Of a stretch of 20,274 nt of DNA, positions 1 to 8,538 are shown piece by piece. This DNA is from Ascoidea asiatica JCM 7603 (Eukaryota; Fungi; Ascomycota): contig BCKQ01000021.1 of the NCBI GenBank assembly GCA_001600695.1, positions 170,308 through 190,581 of the forward strand. Direction: 5' to 3'. How positions within the stretch are numbered: position 1 is the stretch's first letter; each line of letters opens with the position of its first letter. Position numbers and translations under genes: made by a program. The notes beneath the pieces were generated by a model. That model saw only the letters and a program-made list of their open reading frames with translations. It had not been told where the DNA came from and searched no databases.

Positions 1-315
1 AATTCCTCCTGATAAATTTAAATTCGATAAACTATCTTGTTTTATCATATCTCTGAGACTGGAACTCCCACTTAATTTAGATCTTTTATATGGTGAAAAT
101 CCACCACTAGTTCCTGAAAGAGAACTGATAGAAGGCGAAGAAGGATAGCTATTTATTGATCCATTTCCACTCCCATTTCCACTTCCACTTCCAACCCCAG
201 TGGCATGACCAGTATTTGACGTATTCAACTCTGAATTAGTTCTATTCAATTGAGATGAGCCTGCATTTCTCATCTTCTTTTGAAAAGCTGCAAACTGACT
301 ACTTAAATCTGCCAT
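1..315 (-). CDS. TFA2: 5' part (105 codons, truncated at window edge) of probable transcription initiation factor TFIIE beta subunit
   Basis: Not in the ORF track. ATG at 315-313 and open frame to position 1: MADLSSQFAAFQKKMRNAGSSQLNRTNSEL...SPYKRSKL...LSGGI. The N-terminal helix resembles the yeast Tfa2 start (L-x-x-x-L/F-x-A-F-K-x-K) followed by a low-complexity linker. The diagnostic winged-helix domains lie outside the window. Confidence 0.55.
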   Translation of the reverse strand, partial: MADLSSQFAAFQKKMRNAGSSQLNRTNSELNTSNTGHATGVGSGSGNGSGNGSINSYPSSPSISSLSGTSGGFSPYKRSKLSGSSSLRDMIKQDSLSNLNLSGGI

Positions 316-780
316 TTTTGAAATATATTTGCTATGTCTATGCTATGTCTATGATATGAGTAATAAGTGAATGTATTACCATTAATAGGTCAGAATGTCA
401 ATGGATATCAAAGGGATAAACAAACAAACAAATATATCTATTCCATCATCTCTTCTTCTCTTCTTCTCTTCTTCTATTCCTCACTCACTTACTCCTTCAA
501 GTGTTGCTTCTTTCTTCTTCAATCACCAAATCCATCTTCCAACTCACTGAAAGTCATCTCTGCGCTTATCGCCAGAAGCAGCACGTGAGTGTTTGAATCA
601 AATATTATCCGTTGCATCTTCCTTGCCACGGGCACCCCGGTGAAATAAATAAATAAATAAATTCGATTTCTATTTTATTCTGAGTTGAAGTAATAATTAT
701 TGTTTGTATTTATATCAACTATCCATTATTTCATAGAAATTCACTATATCGAGATCAATAATATTTTCCATGAATTCAAA
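316..780. promoter_or_regulatory. Divergent promoter between the TFA2-like gene and SYF2
   Basis: 465 bp between head-to-head ATGs. GC-richer core at about 560-640 with CACGTG (582-587, TCACGTG on the minus strand) and GGCACCC (632-638). Pyrimidine-rich tract at about 445-540. Confidence 0.55.
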
Positions 781-1328
781 ATGTCAGCAAGAGAGAAACT
801 AAATAAGTTAAAAGAACTCAAGTTAAAGAAAAAACAATCAATTGAATTGAATAAAAAACAATTGATCAATGAATATAAAAGAAATAAAATATTAAAAGAT
901 AATAAAAAAAATTATAATTCAAATCAATTGAAAGAAAATATAATATGTGAAAAAGCAGAGATTGAATTACTTAAACTAAATTTAACTGAAAGTGAGAAAA
1001 AGAAATTAGAAAGAAAAGAAATTTGGAATTATTCAATTCAAGATAATGAAAATTGGTATAATAAAATAAATAATAGAAATAATTCAAATGATAGTAATGA
1101 CAATAATCCAACATTGGATATCGATTCTATAGATTCAATTAAAAAAGTCAAGGCGAAACAGAAAAAGAGTGAAACCAACTCGGTTTATAGTATGTATTTG
1201 AAATATTTTATAAAATATATTATGTTACTCTCTTCACTATACCAATTAACAAATTACTAACCATTCTGATATTTTAATTAATCATAATAGTTAATAAGAA
1301 AAACAAAGAATTTAATGAAATTGCATGA
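781..1328 (+). CDS. SYF2: Pre-mRNA splicing factor Syf2; two exons, 781-1189 and 1291-1328, 148 aa
   Basis: Real start is ATG 781, not the TTG at 700. Lys-rich N-terminal helix (KLKELKLKKKQSIELNKK) and a WNYSIQDNENW motif. Splicing restores ...SVYINKKNKEFNEIA*, which matches the Syf2 C-terminal (Y/F)IN-x-KNK-x-FN motif. Confidence 0.8.
1190..1290 (+). other. Spliceosomal intron, 101 nt, phase 1
   Basis: GTATGT donor at 1190-1195, TACTAAC branch point at 1255-1261, TAG acceptor at 1288-1290. Removal restores a conserved motif in frame. Confidence 0.9.
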
Positions 1329-2272
1329 AAAAAACTTTATAATCTATTCTTAGATTTTACAACTCCGAATTTTCATAATATGAAAAGATAGAAAAACCTG
1401 TTTTCTGCACAGTAATTTATTGATTTTATATGACTTCAAAAAGAGAATAAATTGAAATTTTTAGGTTATATTATGTCCGTTTTCCCTATAAAAAAGAATT
1501 TGAGATAGAGTTATCGAGAACATATTTTGTAAACTTGAATCTATGAATAAGAAAAATAACTTAAGTTAAGTAAGATAGCTCTTTAGGAGATTTTAAAAAA
1601 GAATTCTCATACTACAAAATTTTCGGTTTTATTTCATTCTTTCAACTAGATTTTCTAGATTGTATTAAGCTTTACTACTTTTCAAAATTTATAATGATTG
1701 CTTTGTGTTCTAGAAAAAGAATGTTTGTATCGATGAATCAGATTATTTAACAGAGAGAATTGGTGGTTTAAAGAAAATGGAAATTGAAAATCAAACTTTT
1801 CTATCTATCTATGTATTATTAAAGAAGTATTAAAAATAGCTATTCGAATAATCAATCAGATTATCAAAATTAGCAGAATGCTTACACTTAAAATACCTGA
1901 GAAAAGTTTCTAAATGTTGATATACAAAAATTTAAAACCACGTCACCCTGCATAAATTAGGTTTTTGTGCTTGTAACCAAATTTTAAATTTTTTACCTTT
2001 TTTTTGCACTTGATTTCATATCATAAAATCAAAAGTTGCTTCCAAAACGATACTGGAAGAATAATTTCATTTTGAAAGTGATTATGGGTTTTTTCCTGAA
2101 AAGGTTATAGGCGATATTTATGAATAAAGCCTTTTTATTTCATTTCAATTCGAGTTAGTGTAAAATTTTCTAGTAAGGTTTTTGTCAATGAATTGATTAA
2201 TATTACTCTATTTTCAGTCTATTTATTTCGAAATTTATATATCATTTATCTTAAATATAATGACCATCCTAT

Positions 2273-4948
2273 TTACAAGTATTTAAATCCATTAAACGGT
2301 AATAATGCTTTTTTTTCTTTTATTATTTTAGCTTCTGGAATAATATCATTCACATCAATTAAATTCAACTTAAGCTTCATTTGTAGCTTTTTCAAACTTT
2401 CTATGAAAAGGTTATAATCATCACTATTATTAATCTTTATTACCCCTTTGATTATAATGCCTGCAACCATTTGCCAATTACAAACCACTTCAGAAGATCT
2501 TGTATCTTCCAAAGTTGTCAAATTATAAACTGTAATTCTTTTCTTATCAAAAACATCTAATTTATTCATACTATTTACATTTTTAATATTTTTAAATTGT
2601 TTTGAATTTTTAAATCTTCCAATATATTCTTCAATTTTATTTTTATTATTCAAACTTTTAAACATTTTACAAGTTTGAGAAATTATTCTGAAAAATTGTG
2701 CTTGAGGTTTTATACCATGAATTTCTTCCATATATTGTAAAACAACAATTGATAAACTATAATTCTTAGAACAAATTAGTGCTTGGATAATACTTTCATA
2801 TAATCTCATATTAAAAACTAAATTTGAATCTGAAGTCATTTCCTCAAACAAATTTAGAAGTGAGATATTTAAAGCTCTTGATTTATAATTTGGATCCTTA
2901 TTGATTAACTGATATTGATTTCTTAATAATTTCCAAATTTCTAAATAAAATGTTTCTGATTTAGGCATTTCTGAATAATATGATTTTGATCTTGCAATAT
3001 TATAAAATCCAATACCTTTATTATATTCATGTTCTTTTCTAAAAAGTCTAATAACTGAGCTTATCATAAATTTATTATATTTTATTCCTAAAATTTCCAT
3101 TCTAAGTAATAAATTTTGCATTTCTTTTTTATAACTATGTGAATAATATTTTAATAATGCTAAATAATGACTTGAAGAAACTGGAGGTATAAATCCTTTA
3201 TCGTCTTCATTTGTAACTTGAACTGTATCCAATTTGAATTCTTCATTTTTGAAAAGCTCTTCATTAACAAAATTTAAAAAAGATTTACTATTGGAAATCA
3301 ATTCTAATTTTCTTTCTTTACTTAGAGAATTTATATAAGTTTTTTCCATTGCCTTCAATAAATTAAGTGCAGAACCTATTTGTTTATCCTTTACTAAAGC
3401 TTTCATTGAAGAATGAAAAAAAATTGGATTTGGAGTTACACCTTTTTCTATCATATCTTTCATTAATTCAAGTTGTTTTTGCCAACCTCTTTTTTCATTT
3501 TCTAAATTTCTAAACCAATTAATATAAAATTCTTCTTGATTTTTGAAAATTTCAGATTTTCCAATATCATATTGTTTAAGAATACTTAAAACTGATTTTG
3601 CCATTGAAATATTTGAAATTTCATTATCTTCACCATTTGCAGCTTTTTCAATATATGGAATTAATAATTTTTGTAAATTATATTTCATTTTTACAATCAT
3701 TATTTGAAAATTTAAGAAACCTTCATCTTCAATATTTATATTTTTAGAATCATTAATAACAAATTTCTTGATTAACATATAAGCAATTTCAACATTTGAT
3801 TTTGTATTATTTGATAATAATAAATTTATAAGTAGAACAAATTGTTCAATTGTTATTTGTTTTTCTTGATTCATTGCATTATGAGCACCTTCAAGAGTTG
3901 GCTGAAAAGCATTCAAATTTTGTGGTTTCCAAGCAATTCCATTTTTATTTATAAGATGAATTAAATTACTAACCCAAATAGAAGCATTTGATTTATTATT
4001 CATTTTGAAATAAATTTCAATGAAATTCAAAATTAAAAATGGATCAAGATATGTAAAAGTGGAGCTATCATTATTATAAAATTTTTTATTAATTTCCTCA
4101 TTATAAAAAGATTCTGCTTTTGAAATATTTTTACTCAATAAATAAATTTTTAAACCTAATTCATAGAACCATCTTTGATTTTGAACATCATGTAATTTAA
4201 TTCTTTCATTCCAAGATTTTGAAGCTTGAAAGAAATTTTTATTATTTAAACATGAATCAATGTAAATGAATTCATTGAATGGATCCATTGCAAATTTTGG
4301 AATTTTATGAAATAAATTACCAATATATTCAAACATTATTCTTTGAATATCAGGATAATTGAATAATAGTTTAATAATTTCATGACTTTGCATTAGTAAA
4401 TCTATTGGTATATTATTTATATTTGATTTTTTATTTAATTTTTTAAAAAATTTTACAAAAATTAATAATTTTTTCTCAAATTCTTTATTTTTTGAATGAA
4501 ATTCACTATTTACACTTTTTTCAAAATCATTTTCAAAAGAATTTTGTAAATTAATTAAATCTATAGTTGATATTCTTAAAGAATTATTTATAATTTCTAA
4601 ATAAATTGGATCTCTTTCATTTTGAAAAGGACATTTTGATAACTTTAATTTATAATCTGCTAATTGAGCTTTTGATAAACCTAAATCATCAAGGAAATTA
4701 AACGATAAAAATTCAACAAGTTTATCTTCTTTTAAGATTTTTTGTACAAATTCTTTTTGTCTTTTATTTAATATCACTTTAAGTTGAGTATTGATTGGAA
4801 TTGTATTTGTTTTTTTTCTAATTTCTCTTGTTGAATTTATTGAATTTAAAGAAACATTTTGAAAAGTTTTATTCGCACTTAATATTAAAGATCTAGATAA
4901 AGATTTGTTGACTATATGAGATAGCTTCACTGGAGTATTTCTATACAT
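2273..4948 (-). CDS. SOV1: Mitochondrial helical-repeat (PPR-like) protein, probable Sov1-type translational activator, 891 aa
   Basis: Arg/Ser/Lys-rich, acid-free N-terminus typical of a presequence. PPR-like segments (MKDMIEKGVTPNPIFFHSSMKALVK; VLQYMEEIHGIKPQAQFF). The DPFNEFIYI...QRWFYELG block and the length recall Sov1. PPR-like call is firmer than the symbol. Confidence 0.55.
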   Translation of the reverse strand: MYRNTPVKLSHIVNKSLSRSLILSANKTFQNVSLNSINSTREIRKKTNTIPINTQLKVILNKRQKEFVQKILKEDKLVEFLSFNFLDDLGLSKAQLADYKLKLSKCPFQNERDPIYLEIINNSLRISTIDLINLQNSFENDFEKSVNSEFHSKNKEFEKKLLIFVKFFKKLNKKSNINNIPIDLLMQSHEIIKLLFNYPDIQRIMFEYIGNLFHKIPKFAMDPFNEFIYIDSCLNNKNFFQASKSWNERIKLHDVQNQRWFYELGLKIYLLSKNISKAESFYNEEINKKFYNNDSSTFTYLDPFLILNFIEIYFKMNNKSNASIWVSNLIHLINKNGIAWKPQNLNAFQPTLEGAHNAMNQEKQITIEQFVLLINLLLSNNTKSNVEIAYMLIKKFVINDSKNINIEDEGFLNFQIMIVKMKYNLQKLLIPYIEKAANGEDNEISNISMAKSVLSILKQYDIGKSEIFKNQEEFYINWFRNLENEKRGWQKQLELMKDMIEKGVTPNPIFFHSSMKALVKDKQIGSALNLLKAMEKTYINSLSKERKLELISNSKSFLNFVNEELFKNEEFKLDTVQVTNEDDKGFIPPVSSSHYLALLKYYSHSYKKEMQNLLLRMEILGIKYNKFMISSVIRLFRKEHEYNKGIGFYNIARSKSYYSEMPKSETFYLEIWKLLRNQYQLINKDPNYKSRALNISLLNLFEEMTSDSNLVFNMRLYESIIQALICSKNYSLSIVVLQYMEEIHGIKPQAQFFRIISQTCKMFKSLNNKNKIEEYIGRFKNSKQFKNIKNVNSMNKLDVFDKKRITVYNLTTLEDTRSSEVVCNWQMVAGIIIKGVIKINNSDDYNLFIESLKKLQMKLKLNLIDVNDIIPEAKIIKEKKALLPFNGFKYL

Positions 4949-5323
4949 AGTATATTTTCAATATAAACTTAATTGAAGAAACAAAACTTCTTATTATCTG
5001 ATTTCTGGTTGATATATTCTGTAAATAATTATATGTTATTCATTATCTTAATATTATTTTATTGTTTTTTTTGCTTTTATTTTCAGTGAAAAATTAATAA
5101 AGTTTCTTTCCTTAATATAAAAAAAATAAAGGTTTGGCTCGTGCTCCGCGTTTTTGGCGTAGATAAATTTTTGTTAGTAAAAATATGAAATAATTATGTT
5201 GTTAGTTATTAATGATTAAATGAATAATAAGAATAAGAATAAGAATAAAGAATAGGAATAAAGATTGATTGAGGTCTATAAAGGAATGTAAGTCTATGTC
5301 TATATATCTATCAATTTAAGAAT

Positions 5324-7126
5324 TTATTCATCTTTAAATACAGGAGTACCCAATGGAACATAAACAGAATTGTATAATTTATCATCAGTGGTGACTCTTG
5401 AAGTTAAATTTCTAATATCAACAAAAGTTGGATTCAAATCAGAGATTTTATTAACACCTAATAATCTCATATCTGAAATTAATTCATCTTTTAATAATCT
5501 ACATAAATGAGCAACACCATCTTCACCATAACAAGAATTAGCATAAAGGAAAGGTCTACCTAAGCCAACACCTTTTGCCCCAAGACATAAAGCTTTTAAA
5601 ATATCAGTACCTCTACGAACACCACCATCAATATAAACTTCAATTTTTTGATCTAAATTTCTTTGTTTTAAAATTGGCATAGTTTCAGATAAGATTTCTA
5701 AAGGAGATTTTGCAAAATCTAATTGTCTACCACCATGATTTGATAAAACTACAGCATCAATACCATTTTCAGCAGCTAATAAAACATCATTTGGATTTTG
5801 AATACCTTTAATAACAATTGGAATTTTAGTTTTTGATTTAAAATCTTTTATATCTTTCCAAGTTAAAGCAGTATCAATAAAAGAACTTAAAGCCTTTGCA
5901 GCACCTTGAGATCTATCAACATTATTTGAATCACCTTTTTTTTCAATAATATCAGCATCATCATCAAATTTTAATCTTTTATCTTTTTCTCTATTACCTA
6001 AAACAGGAGCATCAACAGTAACAAATATACCTTTAATATTTCTTAAATTACATTTTTCAATTAAATTATAACTTATTGATCTATCTGGATTAACATATAA
6101 TTGAAACCATTGAGATTGATTTGGAATTGCAGAATCAACAATTTCATCAAAAGAACATGAAGCTAAAGTTGAAAACATTTGAATTATACCTTCTTTACCA
6201 CAACCTTTTGCAATTGATTTTTCACCTTGTTCATGACCTAATTTTGCTAAAGCAGTTGCAGAACAATAAAATGGAGCATCAGTTTTAACACCTAACATTG
6301 TTGTTGAAATATCAATATTTGTAACATCAACTAAAATTCTTGGATTAAAAAAAACTCTATGAAATGCATAATGATTTTCTCTTAAAGAAACTTCATCATC
6401 AGAAGCAGAAGAATAATAAGCCCAAGCATTTGGTGATAAAATTTTTTTTGAAATATATTCAAAATCAGAAATATTAAAAATTTGATTTATTGAAGGTTTA
6501 TTTTCAATTCTTAATAATCTTTCTTCTTCTTCTTCAGTTAATTCTTCATCTTCAATATCTAAAACACCAATTAATTTACCTAAATGTTTATCTTTTGGTA
6601 AAAATTTATCAATTAAATCAGGAGCATGAATTGGATCAAAAATTTTTGTTGCATCTTTACCAGCATTTTTTAAAATAATTTTTTTACCACCTGGATGAAT
6701 TTCACAAAATTCAGTTAAATCATAAACATAACCTTTTATTACAACCCATAAACCATTTTCAATTGAATTATGTTTTTTAAATTCTTCAACAGTTATTCCT
6801 TCTGAATTATTATTATTATTATTATTATTATCATCATTTTTAATTATATTATTATTATTATCATGATTATTAAGATATTTATTTTGATACTGATATGAAT
6901 AAATAAATAATAAAGCAGTTGAAGTTATTGAGGTGAATAAAAAATTTGATTTACTATTATTATGAGTATTATGAGTATTATGAGTATTATGAGTATTATT
7001 AGTATATGTTTTATTAGTATTATTTATTAATAAGTTTTTCTTAGATGAAAAAGATCTTTTCTTAAAATTATTATTTAAGATAGATTTAGATAATGAAATT
7101 AAATTTCTATTAATTAAATTACTCAT
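5324..7126 (-). CDS. CYB2: Flavocytochrome b2 (L-lactate:cytochrome c oxidoreductase), 600 aa
   Basis: Bipartite presequence; cytochrome b5-like heme domain (VYDLTEF-x-x-IHPGG, FDPIH); FMN alpha-hydroxyacid dehydrogenase domain (WAYYSS, WFQLY, VTVDAP, LSNHGGRQLD, IDGGVRRGTD, GRPFLY). Confidence 0.97.
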   Translation of the reverse strand: MSNLINRNLISLSKSILNNNFKKRSFSSKKNLLINNTNKTYTNNTHNTHNTHNTHNNSKSNFLFTSITSTALLFIYSYQYQNKYLNNHDNNNNIIKNDDNNNNNNNNSEGITVEEFKKHNSIENGLWVVIKGYVYDLTEFCEIHPGGKKIILKNAGKDATKIFDPIHAPDLIDKFLPKDKHLGKLIGVLDIEDEELTEEEEERLLRIENKPSINQIFNISDFEYISKKILSPNAWAYYSSASDDEVSLRENHYAFHRVFFNPRILVDVTNIDISTTMLGVKTDAPFYCSATALAKLGHEQGEKSIAKGCGKEGIIQMFSTLASCSFDEIVDSAIPNQSQWFQLYVNPDRSISYNLIEKCNLRNIKGIFVTVDAPVLGNREKDKRLKFDDDADIIEKKGDSNNVDRSQGAAKALSSFIDTALTWKDIKDFKSKTKIPIVIKGIQNPNDVLLAAENGIDAVVLSNHGGRQLDFAKSPLEILSETMPILKQRNLDQKIEVYIDGGVRRGTDILKALCLGAKGVGLGRPFLYANSCYGEDGVAHLCRLLKDELISDMRLLGVNKISDLNPTFVDIRNLTSRVTTDDKLYNSVYVPLGTPVFKDE

Positions 7127-7619
7127 TTTAATGAATATTATTATATTTAAGTATTATGTTAAAGTATTATGTGATTAATTATGTAATGAAATCTGGGGTA
7201 AAGTGAAATTATAAGTGAATAAAACTAAAAGAAGAATATTATTAAAGAATATGGAATATTATTGGGAAGATTAAAAAAGTATGCTTGAAGGGAACTTTTG
7301 AATCTTTTAAATATAAAGAATATGAAAAAAGTTAAAGAATATAAAAAATGGAATAATAATATTTTAATGAATCATTTATTCATTGATTGAGTGAAATATC
7401 ATGATATTTTACAATTGATTTACTTTGTATATTTATTTATTTGTTTCTCTGTTTCTTTATTTATTTATTTAGGTAATTCTCTATTTATTGTTTCTTTGTT
7501 ACCCATTAAATTATAAAGTTTGAATGAAAATAAATGAAAAAAAATATTTGAAAAAAATGAAATTTCACTGGTTGAAGAGAGAAAAGAAAGATTTGAATGG
7601 TCTTAAATAGTAAAGTTAA

Positions 7620-8320
7620 CTAGATCAAATCATGTTATTTCATGCTCGAGACTTTGAAGACTCTCGTCGAAACAACTTGTCGAAGGAAGTTGTCGAATGA
7701 GAAGCAGAGCCAGAAACAATCGAAAGGTGCTGGAAAAAAGCTCAGAAAGCGTGTGAAAAATGCTGGCAGGAACCAGTTATCGGCCAATCACAGCCAGAAT
7801 TAGCACTTGTATTCTCGCACTCGGGAAGATGATCCTGGATGCTTTTCTGCTTTATCGTCAGCGGGGGAGAAGGTCAGGAAGCACAAGAAGCACAGGCAGC
7901 AGAAGCAGCAGAAGCAGAAGCAGCTGAAAGATCATCTTCTCCATATTCAATGCGCCACACTAATGCTACGAATCCCATTATGACGAGTCCCGGGGAAATT
8001 ATCCGGCGAGTGCTCCACCGGAACCCCTCTGCATCCCACGAACCTATCCCAAAACGGACATCAAGTTGACCGGAGCCTGTGGTAGTCATGGGTGATAAAT
8101 TCAAATGTGCATTTTCGGAAAAACATCACCGGAGCCCCCGAGTATCTGTTTAAATCAGCAACATTTTGCATTAAAAACGGCTTTGCACATATCACTATTT
8201 TTGCGCAGAACCTTAGATATGGTTCTGCGTTATTTTGCCCTAAAATATTGATTTTTAAATTTCCGGACAAACTTGTGGCCTAAATTTCACGTCATCCTGC
8301 CCTATCGATTTCCACAAAGT
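7620..8320. promoter_or_regulatory. GC-rich upstream activating region in the divergent CYB2/DPH6 interval
   Basis: Sharp GC rise. CCAATCA at 7784-7790 (Hap2/3/5-type box) directly preceded by TTATCGG. Many CCG/CGG triplets at about 7989-8140. GCGGGG at 7861 and CTGGGG at 7193 fit the Mig1-type SYGGRG consensus. Confidence 0.6.
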
Positions 8321-8538
8321 TTATTTCTCCTTTATTAAAAAACAATGAAAAAAATCAAACAATCAATTTGGTATCGATGAAAACAAAGAAAAGTAAAATG
8401 AAATGACATGAATAATAAGAAAATCAAAAATAAAAAGAAAGAATTAAAGAAAAAAAGAAAGAGGAAATAAAAAGTAACTAAAAGAATTCTATTCCCCAAA
8501 TCCTCAATATATCCAATAGTAATATTATAATAATCATA

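Noticed and set aside
367-588. 73-aa ORF in the divergent promoter
   Set aside because: GTG start; arises from a CT-rich tract; no recognisable features.
700-1260. 186-aa ORF as called in the track
   Set aside because: Starts at TTG and reads through an intron. The ATG-781 two-exon model restores the Syf2 motif.
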